From Gonapodya sp. JEL0774 (taxonomy: Eukaryota), in contig JADIIX010000040.1 of NCBI GenBank assembly GCA_027604505.1, positions 124,001 through 167,954 on the forward strand: DNA of 43,954 bases, read 5' to 3'. The notes beneath the pieces were generated by a model. The model did no database searches and had not been told where the DNA came from. It saw only the letters and a program-made list of their open reading frames with translations. Positions 12,333 through 24,694 of this stretch are shown piece by piece (position 1 is the stretch's first letter; the number at the start of each line of letters is the position of its first letter). The position numbers were made by a program, and so were the translations under genes.

Positions 12333-14866
12333 TCACAACATCAGCTTCTCAAGCGTCAATGGGTTAGACTATAACGCACGGGGCCATCGTAGTATGGAGC
12401 CGGGAATGGGGTGAACGGGGGGCAGGAGTTTGGGAGCACAGAAGAACGGAGGAGTGAGCAAGGGGTGAAATGTGAGCCCACAATGCTACACCGGCGTACC
12501 TGTTCAAAATTCCTCCTTACTTCGTACGCAAAAATGGTTCCGTCGTAGTACACTACGGGCACAAGGACACCAATGAGAATCATGTAATCACCTTTTCACC
12601 AAAGGAAAAGTTCCCTCTATCCGTCCGCAACGTCAAACCCCCCAAACCAATCGCCTCAGCCACGTACTCACACATATACACCACATAAAACTCCATGGCC
12701 CGATCAACCTCCGACGGCCACCACATGACCCACACCCCTAACAGCGGCATCCTTGGCGTTTCTGCGCCACCTTGCGGCAACAAACACTCCCTCACCAACC
12801 TGTGTACCGCATCGTCCTGCCCCCCTTCCCCACTGTCCCTCGCCACCCTGACCACCGCGCACCGACCCCTCTGGCTTCCCACAAGACACGCGCCCACGTG
12901 CGGCATGGGCTCGAGGAAGCAGCACCGATCGAACTGGGACAGAAGGCGGTCATTGAAGTCCGACACGCCGTGGGTGAATCCCGCAGCCGGTCGAGTGGCA
13001 CGCGGGAGGTGGGCGAGGGTGCGCAGGTGGGGTACCGAGAGTAGGCGGAGATCGTGGGCCGTGGTGTGAAGGAGGAAGTAAGGAGACATCCCATCTGAGT
13101 CGTTGTCTGCATTTACGTGGGACTGTGGTTCGGCCGGCACTGTGTGGTGGGGTGGCGAAAAGCTTTCGGACGTGCTCATGATCCGCCCTTCTTCCTCCTC
13201 GTCAGTATCCTCGTAGTCGGTCCAAAGTTCGTGCTCCGACTCGTCGTCCGTATGCGAACTGCCCCCGCTCGAGATCACCTCCATGTCCACGCTATCATCT
13301 GCCTCGGCAATATAATCGCGTACTGTTCCCGTCACGTCCCCGTCCGCAATCGAGTAGCCATCTTCCATGTAGCTGTAGTCGGGTACTTCACTTGCGCCCC
13401 CACCATTGTCGTACCCCTCCCCAGGGAGGAACTCCTCAGGGTTCGTCTCACTCCTCCCAATAGAGTCCCCGTCCGTGGTGAAACCATCCTCAGTCCCACC
13501 CGCACCGGCCTCCTCCGTCGGTCTGTAAGCACCATCCCCGCGATCTGCGATTGAACTTTCTAAGCCCGTATCCGAGTCCGCGTCTGAATCATTCTCTGGG
13601 AAAGCGCCTGGGACATGACTCGGTGTCGTCGTTGTCGTCGTCGCGTCCTCTCCGCCGTACAGAGTCGCCTGCGTATTTGAGTGCGCGACGCGGAAACGTG
13701 TGGCGAACGATGTCGGCACGAACCGGACGGACCAGCCCCAGTCGTTGAGAGCGCCTAGACGTGCGGTGGAGACTATAGTGAGGAACGAGGGTAACGACAC
13801 AAGGCACAGGGACGGCGAGTGTTAGGCATGAGACCGTTGAACGAGGAACACCATGAGTCCAAAGGATTCCAGACCCGACCCCCGGGGAATCAGTGACCTT
13901 ACCACAAGTCCCATTCTGAGCATTCCAGATCCGCACTGTACCGTCAATGGAGCCACTGGCGACGAAGCTGCCACAGGGGGAAATGTCGACCGACGGTATG
14001 TTGTGCGTGTGACCTGTGAGTGGGAGGGACCCTGTGGCATCCAAGTGCAATTGGGAAGTGGAGGTGTGACGCGCGGCCGCAGTCTCGAAACCGGGACCGT
14101 GCTGATAGTCTTCCAGGGGTTCGACGGGGTGGTCTCCCATATCCCAAAGGCGGACTTTGTGGTCGTTTGCAGAAACAGCAACGAGGGTACGTGGGCCGTT
14201 GGTGGCAACGCCCCAAGTGGAGATGGTGTTGGTGAGCTTGATTGGGGGACGGGTGAGGTCGCGAGTGAGCCAGGTGCGAACAAGGCCGAGGTCGTCGACT
14301 GCAGTAAGTACTAGATATGTAGACATTTGCAGGGGCAATGAGAGAGGAGAGGAGAAAAGCCGCATACCGGGAACGATTCATGTGCTCGCTTACCTTCCTC
14401 TTCCCCCAACTTGCCCACCCTTACGGCATTAATGGGGGCGCTTTCCCCATTCTCGTATTCCCACGTTCTTCCTTGGTATGCGGCTCCGTGGACCTCGTGG
14501 TCTCCATCATCGATGTCGGACGATGTACCACGCATGTGGAGTTTCAGGCAGGGCATGGAGGGAACCTCGCGAGGGTGTGCGAGGCGATAGCAGAAGATCT
14601 CGCAGTTTACGGCGATAAAGAACAGGCCTGGGATCACATGGGAGCACGCACAAAGGTTGAGTCTCCTTGAGAACGAAGTTGAGCGAACGACAGTCATAAA
14701 ATGATATTCAAAACCTGGTACGGAGAGATGCGCCAACATACCATGGTTTTGAGTCCGCGAGTGCGACGAGTCTGACAGGGCCAAAGACCCTCGAGACGGA
14801 GACAGCAGAAGTGGCAGTTGGAATTTCAGCTGGGGCGAATGTCTGCTCGTTTCCCTGTGACGTCAT
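12333..14866 (-). CDS. CRT10: Crt10-like WD40 protein (cullin-complex adaptor)
   Basis: Spliced MTSQG...KPW|RLNLCACS, INAVRVGKLGEEE, STWGVATN...VAVSANDHKV, GHTHNIPSVDIS...SGSIDGTVRIW, NDWGWSVRFV, an acidic insertion, FDR...LVGSQRG, and YYDGTIFAYEV. The last exon reads SNPLTLEKLML*. Confidence 0.85.
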
Positions 14867-15633
14867 CAGAGCATGGGACCTTCACATAGCGGAGAACCTC
14901 TGTTCCCTTCTGACTGGTTTGGCAGACAGTTTTCGGATTCACAGTGTATTGGCCTGACGAGAGCGAATGAGAGATAAAGAGAAAGTGGGCGCAAAGGGGG
15001 TCGGAGTTACGGAGTTGCAATAATGAGGCCGTCCCAAGTGTGGTGGACCTGAACGTGATTCAGTCACCGCTGACTATTAGTCATTGATATACCTAATTCA
15101 TTTACATCTCGTCTCGACTCGTTCTCGACAACCGAAATGTTTTTGCTTTTCGAGTTGAAGAATTGCAGAATGCCCTCCGAGATTTTGTCAACAATAATTG
15201 CGTCTGTGTTGGTCCGTCATGAATCCAGAAGCTTTGTTGGAAATCTGAGAGATCTACTCAACGATTCCACAATCAATGGTCTTGACATCACATTTTTCCC
15301 TATCTTGATATGCGATTTGCCGGGGATGGAATGTCATTCTGAAGGCGAATTGCACATGGTTGGTTACTCAACAAACCTTCCAGAGATTCAGGAGAATGGT
15401 ACACTCAAACCAAGTTGCCACAAAATGAAGTGTAAGTTTGCAGGATTACTTTGAGCTTTCTTTTCCTCTCACCAGAAGTGCTCCCTCTCAAGATTCAGGG
15501 GAAGGGTACATTTTTCTATTCAAAAGAAGGAAAACACCCATACAAACAATAAAACTATTACTTCAGCTCCTACAATCACCTTGCTCCGCTCCTCTCCCAC
15601 CTTACCATCTTCAAGCAAGCGCAACAAAGCACC

Positions 15634-18600
15634 TCACGCCGATACTTCCTCCCGTTCTGGGTCAAAAGCGAAAAGCTCTCGATCGCTTCCCTTGGCTGCC
15701 GCCTGCTTCTGAATATTCTGAAGGGAGGCCTGGAACACGGACGTCCGTGGTTCAGTAATCTTGGAAGGCTCGTCTTTGCGGGGGTCCGGTATGCTGGGGG
15801 TGGTGGCTTGAACCTCGGAGGGCTTTGTTTGTTCTGAAATAAAGTATCGCAGTTATTTCAATGAGGTTTTTGCCGTCAGCATGACAAGAAACTGTGTTGG
15901 CTCCCCCAACTTGGATCCACTTACCCGTTCTATGCAAGTTCGCCTGCACCCAACGATACGACTAAAGGGGTTACAGTGGTACGAGATGAACCAAAAACTC
16001 AACAACAAGAGTATCGGGTTAATGCGGCACTCACTTCTTCCTCGGTCGGGGCCTTCCCCAGGGCGAGTTGCCCAGAAATAAACTCGTTGTACAGGCTTTC
16101 TTCCTTGCTAACCTGTTTGGTCATGTCGTGGTATTATTTGCGGTCAGAATAATAATGGTTTAAACGATCCATCTTCATGTTCGCGGAGACAATAAACAAG
16201 GAAATGGGTGGAAAACTCACCAATCGGTTCTCGTTGAAGTTTTGGATCACCTTGGGCCCGCTGTGACACACAAAGGACCACAATTTCAACTTGGCTTCAT
16301 TCTTTACACGACCACCACGAAAATATAGCCCACACAATTACAGCCTCCGCCGACCACAACTCACTTTTGATTTATAATCATGTTGATATCATGTTGGAGC
16401 GCGGCCCGTTCGAGACGAAGTTTGTTGGTCGTGTCCCTTTGCAAGAGGGCCAGAGTGAGGGGGCGGATGGAACGGTAGATCTGCAGGTCGGATCCGGAGC
16501 GGAAACATCGACAAGAAACAAATAGATATATATAATAAAAGTGAACGTTTAAAGCAGGTCATTTACGCGAATTTGCAAGGTGGGAACACCATTTCACGTA
16601 CCGAGAAAAGCCGCTCCGTCATCAAATAGGTAAAGTACCCGAGTGCAGACAGGGACGTGAAGATCAGTGGTGCTGCCGCAAGTCCGGACGACAAGGACAA
16701 GTGCCGCTTCAGAACGAGGTACGAAACGATCGCCCCGGTGTCTTTGCTCCACAAAGAACAAAACGATACAAAAAGGATAGACAATTGATTGTTGGTTCAA
16801 TATGCTGTGAAGACACTTTCCACACGTCAATCTCTTCACTCACTCAACCCAAGGTATGTGGGAATGAATGCGCCAGCCACAAGGACCTTCCACGTCGCGA
16901 TGACGTCTTGTCCCGTAAGCTTCACACTGGACGCCGCCTTCGCCTCTGAGTTAAACACATGGGGTCGAAGGTGAGACCCTTTCTATCGGTACTGACCCAT
17001 GAACAAACCACCGCGCTTGTTACCAGCTCACCTCGTCGCTTTCTCTCACTGACGATTCCAATAACCACTCCGACGGGGAGAGTAAGCAACGCGCCCGGGA
17101 GGGACAGCGTTGCGAAGAGTCCCAGTTGCGCAAGGCGGTACAGAAGTCGGCCCGCAACGAAAACTGTCGAGACGGACGTGTCGTTGACCTGATGATCGTG
17201 GATCCCAAGTTGCACGAGTTTCTCATTGTAGGCCAGTACGCGTCGCTTGATGTCGTCGACTTGGGAATCTCTGAAGTTTCTGTACGCCTGCGAAAGTATT
17301 GGCGAAATGAATTGTACCATTGGCACCATACAAGACCGAGACATTCGATCACAGCTCACCGTAATTAATCTTCGAGTGAGCTCAAGATTATCAGAGGCAT
17401 CAAATTTGCGATTCGCCGGCCGGTATAGTCGACGGATCGTTTGCATCGCCTATGGAGACGGTTTCTTTCAGATTGTCCCTGCCTCCTTTAAGGACATTCT
17501 CATATCTCGGTTGTGACGTAAACGTACCAGAAGGGTCTCATAATCCGGCGCATTGACTGTCACAGCCTTGAGTCCGTCGTGTACAAGGCCGAGCAAGGTA
17601 TCACACGCCTTTCTCCTCTCCTCACCGCCCTTTTTATACATTTCGACAAACTCTGGGGCCACCGAGACGGGTTGTCCGAATTCTAAGACTGCTCTGCTTC
17701 GGAACTGATCCCGATTGAAATACGTCAACCCAGTCGGGACAAGCTTCACGTCAAGGCCCGGTTGCTTGGCCATAGCGCCAAGTGCCATCAGTGTAACTCC
17801 GGCTTTGAGGGGAAGAAGCTCCGGTTGATCGTGTGAGCCACCTGCCCAGAATCACAGCAAGTCATTCAAAAATGGGGATAATTTTGCCGGTCACGCCCGT
17901 TCTACCTTCAGGGAAGATTCCAATTGCGCCTCCACTGATGAGCCGTTCGTGTACACCAGCGAAGACCACATTTTGGTCAAAGTGGGGACTGTTCCACAGA
18001 AATGGTGGAGACAATCGATGTCTGCAGGTGAGGGAGAGTCGGGGATGCACCGGCACTCACGTCACTCGATAAGCCGAACCTTTGCTCAAGAGCTCCAACG
18101 ACGCCGGATCACTGAACGCCGTTTTCAGAATCAACTCCGTGTTGGAGATAACTTTCTCCACTTCTCTTTTGTCCTTGTTTGGTAGGGTGATGACAAAACG
18201 GCGTGAAAGTTTGCTGAACTCGGTCCCTACACCACGAAGAGTTAGTGGCGATTGCGGGTCGACTGAGACTGTGCCTGGGCCCTAAATGTGGTGCTTCAAG
18301 CAAAGGCATTGGGACTGAATTCAAATAACGAGGAGCACCTTTCGAACGTAATCCTGCGGACGTTTGACTGGGATGGTCCCACTCAATCGGGCAATGCGAC
18401 CCAGATACACTTTGTCAACAGAGCTCTTGGCCATAACGAATCCAATTTTGCGGGGTGTAAATGTCGTCACGATCCCTCCATCCAGGAACTGGTTTGCGTG
18501 TGGTCCACTGATGTTCAGGCAATGAAAAATTATCACACTGGCGATGCTTCGTGATCGTAAAAACTCGGCTTACCACACAAAGATGACAGGTCCATAAGGT

Positions 18601-18886
18601 GGTACGTTGTGTACTCCGCGAACTGTCACATCTTTAAAGAAAGTTCTCACGACGAACTCTTGTATTCCCTTGCCCATCATGTAGGGGGTGTCTGTGCCGA
18701 AATTCTCCAGAAACTTCGTGAAAGCAATTCCCGCGGTATCTCTGCCCCATGGTAGACGAGGGAAATCAGAAGTAGTTATGCTTTGGGTCGGATGTGGATC
18801 TCGAAGATCCCCTCTCACCCATAGTACGGGTCACTCTCAACTGGATCCCCAAAAGGGGTAAGTTTCTGCGCTTTTTGGATGCTCAT
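15634..18886 (-). CDS. SCT1: Glycerol-3-phosphate/DHAP acyltransferase (SCT1/GPT2 family), multi-exon
   Basis: HxxxxD motif GPHANQFLD, IPVKRPQD, IGIFPEG|GSHDQ, PLKAGVTLMALGAM, FRSRAVLEFG, APDYETL, and GRDVIATWKVLV. Start MSIQKAQ at 18886; last exon ends ...EREEVSA* at 15634. Confidence 0.92.
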
Positions 18887-19048
18887 CCTGGAAGGTTAGT
18901 GTCCGATTGATGCTTGGTTGGGAAATTGGCGATGAATGGGAGACACGCGTGGATGTGAATATTCTGGGTATCACGAGGCGGGAGGTCCCAAGGGGTCAGC
19001 GATAAAATAGTTATATAATGATCTTATTATGCACCGCAAATTTTGTAA

Positions 19049-22000
19049 TTAGGGCAGTCGAGCAGCAATTTCTTTCAAGTATTCCCCTCCGTTCTCCAAG
19101 TATTCTTGACGTGTGACGTAACGTGTCTTGAACTCCTCACTTCGCGCCCACAAAGCTGCACCCCTCCATGCATCCAGTCGAGGGTCGTTGGCCATCCTTA
19201 CAACAAGAGGGCTTCCAGCTGTTCGTATTGCTCGCAACTCAATTTCAATCCTGTCACGAATGCCCGGATAAGACGCGTGAGAGCCTGTAATGAAGACGTC
19301 CTTAAAATGGGGCATGGACATCAACTGTTGTAGCACCCAGGTTTTGCTCAAATCTTCATGTGTTTCAATTGCATACCTGGCACATTTGTAGCCGTTCGGC
19401 CTCCGAAAAATTTCGCAAAACGTCTTGCAAGACTTCTATTAATCCGGCAGAGTCTGAACCACACAAACTCGGCTGAAAAAGTAGCTCCGGTACTCTCCAC
19501 CGTTCCACGTTCAAGTGCATCTGATGACTTCTCCGTGCGAATTCGGCCTTTTCGAGCGGGGACGCTTGACCTTCAGGGCCGTGAGTAAGACGCCAAGCAA
19601 CACTTTGGTGCAAGCGTCGGCCCTCGTCATCCAAGTCCTCTTCCGCAGTTGCCTCGAAGTCCGGATCGTGAATGGCGAGAAGATCGTCCATCTTTGAGAT
19701 TTGGATACGGTCGAGTTCTTCATCATCCCCAGAGTCGTCTCGATTCTAACAATTTTGTTACTTCTGTCTTCAATAAGATCCTACCGCTGTGGTTTCCGTA
19801 CACAGACTCACCACCTCCCGATAGACACCCCAGTCATCATCATCGGCTCCAAAAGTGTCATCATCTTTGCCCCTTCGTCGCACACCTCCGTCATCTCGAG
19901 CCAGGCCGGCAACCGTGCGAGCACGATTACGGGACGCCTGTGATCTCCGGTCCGCCAGCTGCGCTCTTTTCTTCTGACGCCCTTTTATGCGGGCAATAAC
20001 AGCCTTGTCCATGGAAAGGGACACATCAATCAGGTGCCATGGACTTCATTGAAGATACAGTGTACCTGCCGCCTTTCTTTCAAGTCTGCAAGCCACTTTG
20101 CCGGATCCTGCAATCGCTTTTGTTCATCTTGCTTGGCCAGTTCATCCTTTCAACGGGGGGCTGCTTCAATCCAATCACGGTCATTAGCGGACCAGCACAA
20201 CACACACACCATTCGTTTTTGATGATCCTCTTTCTCCCTCGCCACCTTCATTCGCATTTCCCAAGCGGCGAGCATTCCCCTTTGTCTCCGCTTTTCCCTT
20301 TTTTGGTCTTCGGTGAGCTCCGAGTCGTCCACATTAAGCAAATCGGTTGGTGGCCGCTTGGGTTCTTCGTGTGGCTCTTCGATTCCCAATGCTCGGTTCT
20401 TCGCACGCCTTAAGTCAGCATCGAGTTCAGCGATGGTACGTTCCAGAGCAGCTGATTCTGGCGAGACAGGGCGGGGCCGAGGTGTTGTCTGTTCGTCATC
20501 CTGTGAGTTCGACATAAATCAATATCACTACTGCCTCGAGTTGAGTAATAGGAGAGACAAGTACTAACTGGGAAGTCCACATCTTGAGCGGCAGCGGATG
20601 CCTTGCGCTGATTCAGTGTCTCCTTAAGGTAGGCAATATGTTCCTCCCTCTCTTTCAACTGGAGTTTACGAGGAGGCGGTTATTCAAACCATGTTACGCG
20701 AGGCCACTGTCATCCAAAGCATCACCTTTTCTTCCCTTTTTTTCGCTGCCATCTCTGCTAACCTCTTTCCTTGCTCCCGTCTCCGCATATCTCTCTCTTT
20801 CAGAGCTTCGGCAGTAAGCTCCTCCTTTCCAACAACATTGTACGGAAACTGAGCTACAAAGTCCACCGCAGCAAGATTGCTTGGGTCCTCAAGATTCCGA
20901 AGAGCGGCGAGGTAGTCTGGGGCGACCACACAGGCGGTGCGTGCGAGGTGAGACGCGATTTGGAATGTGGGTTTGGCAGGGTGGTTAGGATACTTTAGCT
21001 CAAGTAGCGATTGGAGATATGAGGAAGTTTTGAAGCCTCCAATTGGAATCCTAGAGAATCAGGTGAAGATAGAGTCAGGCACTCGTTATAAGTGGACGAC
21101 TCACCGCTTGCTTTGGTTCGCAATAGTTCGCCCGCCAACAATCGGAATCACTGTTGTACTATGGTTTCCAGAAGAAACAACGAGACCTCCTTTGTCAAAG
21201 GAGCCCCCGTTTTGGTGGAAGCTGAACAATGAATCCACTCCAAACGCGACAGCTGGTGCTTCGTAACACTCAAAAAGAAGCTCTGTAGTGACTGTAAATG
21301 CCGAGTGTGAAATTAATAGGAGACTTCGGGATCTCACGAGGGCTTACGTTTTCGGCTGCTGCGGGGATTGCATAGTGGCTCTGTAAACACTACGGGGTGA
21401 CGGATTGCTTCTCGTATCCCAAGATTGAAAAAAACATAGTCCAGAACGTGTTCCTGCATTGAAATAATGGTCAACAATAACTCCTTGCACTCCCTTGGAG
21501 ACCGACAACGTACAAGAACGTCTGGAGTCGTCACCACATCTGTGTCGAACGCTGTTCTTGCGACTGCGATCGCATTCCTCTCCGAGTAAATGTCCCTTCC
21601 GATGTAGACCGATTGTCTACCGCTTTTGCGATCCCTGAATCTGGAGGCCTGGTTTTCGAACTGAACTGCCATAAGCAAGTTCAGCCATAGATACACGTGT
21701 CGCCGTTCCCCGAACATCCCACTCACGCCTGGGTGCTGCCTCAGAAGACCATCCTGCTCGGCATTCCCAGGAGCCTGATGAGTGTTGGAAAACCAGTATC
21801 AGTTAGCAGAGGAACTTCTCAGTTCCCAATAGGAGGGGTTGAGAAACCCCGAACACTAATAGAGTTGGATCATTTAGGATATGGTATCGGATGTTTTTGA
21901 TCCGGCAATTGCCGCACGTTAATCATTTCCATGCTCCTGGTGGGCGTCGCTGGGTCGCAGGCATACATCCCGCATGCTCACCGTTGTCAATAACAATCGC

Positions 22001-22099
22001 TTCGTTGGAAGAGTGCTGAGATACCCCTGGCGGGATCACTAAGTGGTATGGGAGGCAATCATCCGCGTATATCACAGACGAAGGATTGGGCGGATTCAT
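19049..22099 (-). CDS. ARP5: Actin-related protein 5 (INO80 complex)
   Basis: IVIDNG|SWECRAGW, HPVVFTEPLCNP, ELLFECYEAPAVAFGVDSLFS, a charged helical insertion, DDTFGADDDDWGVY, MHLNVERWRVPELLFQPS, VFITG, and DPRLDAWRGAA...YLENGGEYLKE. Confidence 0.95.
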
Positions 22100-22114
22100 G
22101 TGGGACTGATTGCG

Positions 22115-22172
22115 TGGGAGTGATTGAGCCTGAGTGACAAAGAGAGTGCATGGGAGTGATTGAGCCTGAGTG
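22115..22172. repeat. 22-bp direct repeat TGGGAGTGATTGAGCCTGAGTG x2 in the divergent ARP5/CorA intergenic region
   Basis: Exact copies at 22115-22136 and 22151-22172, plus a partial third copy TGGGACTGATTG at 22101-22112. Confidence 0.9.
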
Positions 22173-22223
22173 CACATGGACTTTCGTGCAAGGAAGGAAG
22201 AGGACCACCCCAAACTCGTTGCC

Positions 22224-24510
22224 ATGTCCGCGCCCTCTCCTCCTCTTCCAACTGCTGATCATGATGACATTGCTGGTGACGTTGATGAACATACAGCGCT
22301 TCTGGAGAATGGCGAACGGTCTCTTCCTCGACGGCGGGACCCTCGCCAACTTTGGAAGCGCGCAACGCAGAGTATTGAACGAGACCTTCACGGAAACCAA
22401 CCGAATCACAATTGGGATGAGCTGATTTCCCGCTTATTTACATCTGAAGAGGACCTCTCGCCACAAGAGTCAACTGCTTCATCTCAAATTTTGAAAGACC
22501 CAGTTAAACGCTACCTTTTTGCATCTCAGCAAGACGCAAAAAGAAGTCTGGAGACTGCTCGCCGTCTGCGTGAGCGCGTCTCTCACGTTCGACCCCGTAG
22601 CAACTCCTTGCCATGCAATGACGAGAATTCCCACGGCGACCATCATGGGCCATCGACGTTTGTTATACAAGGCGCTGATCCGAACTCGAGACATCCCTAT
22701 TTTGGTGACCTTCCGATTCTGTCTCCAAAACCGTCTTCTTCGTATACCTAAGACCTTTCAATCAGATCATAATGACCGATTCCACGATCCCAATTGTGTT
22801 GTGTATATCATCGACTACAATTCCGAGCAAATAACGGATTCTATTGTTTCCGGACCTGTCAACATAAAACAGCGCCTGTCAGAGGTGTGTTAGTATGGGC
22901 TCTCAGCTCATTAGCGCCACGCGCTGACTTGGCTGACCTGCGGAATGCCTTTTGAACTGCAAGTCTCGACCCGCACACTCTTCCGTTAGATGGATCCATG
23001 TCGCCGGGATAGATTGGCCCACTTTACAGGTTGTTAGCTCCGCTTTAAACGTCCATCCGTTGGTGGTAGAAGATATCCTGCTAAACAGACGGATTAAAAC
23101 CAATAACTACACCGATCGTGAGTGCAGATTCGACAAGTAGCGATGCTTGGGGCCCAGTAACGGCCCACTTTTGCACTCCGAATACAGAACTTTTCGCTTC
23201 GATCACGTTTGTCACCGCCGCCCCACTTTCACTTCTCCCACCGCCTACCAAGTCTCGCACGTCTGTTTCTTCCCTCCCTGACCGAAACATTCCAGCTGCA
23301 GGCACTGCTTCGTGGTTGTCTCAATTTTCCATCGGTTCTTCCATTCACACCACCCAATCCCACCACCGTAAGCATGCCTTGCCCCTCCCTTCGCGAACGT
23401 CTGAAGTAGCAGAGCTTGAATCGACCGCTAAGGACTTGGAGAAGGGGTCTACGCTCCAAGGACTTGCGAAGGCAGAAGATCTTACTGTCGTTGTCGAGCA
23501 GGTTTCATTTGTGCTTATGGAGGGTGGCATTCTCCTTACTGTGTGTCCAACGCGGGCATCGAGGCTTCTCTTCCCCGCTCTTTCGGCTTCCCTCCATGTC
23601 AAACAGTTGCTGCGACGCTCGTCCATGGACGCTGCCTTTCTGATGAATTCAATCATGCACGAGTGCATAGATAGCTGTGGTCTGGTACTCGCACTTTACG
23701 GAAGTCACGTGAAAAGTTTAGGTTGGTGTGTGTGTGTGTCCGTCACACGTCCCGGAAGTTGTTTTGACAATATTGGTGAATCCCAGAGAGTTCTGTGTTC
23801 TCATCTCCTAAAACTGAGCTCACACAAACACTGCACCTTCTCACAAGAGAGCTTTCGTTACTCAAGCGGTTATTCCGTTCTCACGGAGTAGTTTTGGCTT
23901 CACTTGTCGCTCAAAGTGACAAAAAAATTAATGGAGAGAGCTGGGTGACACCGCTCACTTCCACATACTTCAACGATGTCGCAGACGATGTATCTTCTGG
24001 TATCGAGGAAGTGGAAGAGCTAGAGCGCGTTTGTTCTGGACTTGTCGATTTAATATTCAATCTGGTCTCTTTCAAGCAAAACACCGCAATGTCGGCTCTC
24101 ACGATTGTATCACTATTCTTTTTGCCAATGACATTTGTCGCGGGAAGTACGTATATTAATGTTACAATTAACGGAGAAAGGCTGCTGATCGACTGCCCTT
24201 ATCGCCCCTCTTTTTTATCTAGTCTGTAAGTTGGTGACCATTTTCATGGTGCTTTGTACACTGTTGCCTGACAGATATTCTGTTCACCTAGACGGAATGA
24301 ACTTTCAAGGCGACAAGACTGGCAGCGGGGGCATCCCCGAACTCACCTGGTCAAATGGTTACATGTTTGTGAGTTCCATAGATCGTTCAATGGCTGAGCG
24401 TTTATTGTTCAACTTCGCATTGGGCGCAGTTCTGGAGTTTGATTGGAGGTGTTGTGTGCTTCAACGTCCTACTGCTGGTGGTTTTTAGGAAATCACTATT
24501 CGTTGGATAG
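22224..24510 (+). CDS. CorA-family Mg2+ transporter (GMN motif), multi-exon
   Basis: RWIHVAG...LNVHPLVVEDIL, EQVSFVL, YFNDVADD, MSALTIVSLFFLPMTFVAG-IY-GMNF, and PELTWSNGY-FWSLIGG...FVG* (TAG at 24508-24510). Confidence 0.92.
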
Positions 24511-24694
24511 TTTACTCTTCCCCAAAACAAAGATGCAGAAAGACATTTATTTCTTCTTCGTTGAATGGAACTTTGTCTGGTACACTAGTAACCGTTGCTC
24601 AAGGGTTCGGGTTGAACAGGAAAATTTCTTGTCAGATGGTCCTTGAGTGAACTTTGGTACCTCCGCTGCGACTGCTCCTCGACAGGAATCTGTC

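Noticed and set aside
15137..15758. Plus-strand ORFs of 105 and 106 aa between CRT10 and GPAT
   Set aside because: No recognisable motifs, and the second is antisense to the last GPAT exon.
22101..22172. Repeat-spacer-repeat pattern as a mini CRISPR array
   Set aside because: Eukaryotic context, only two full copies, a 14-nt spacer and no cas genes.
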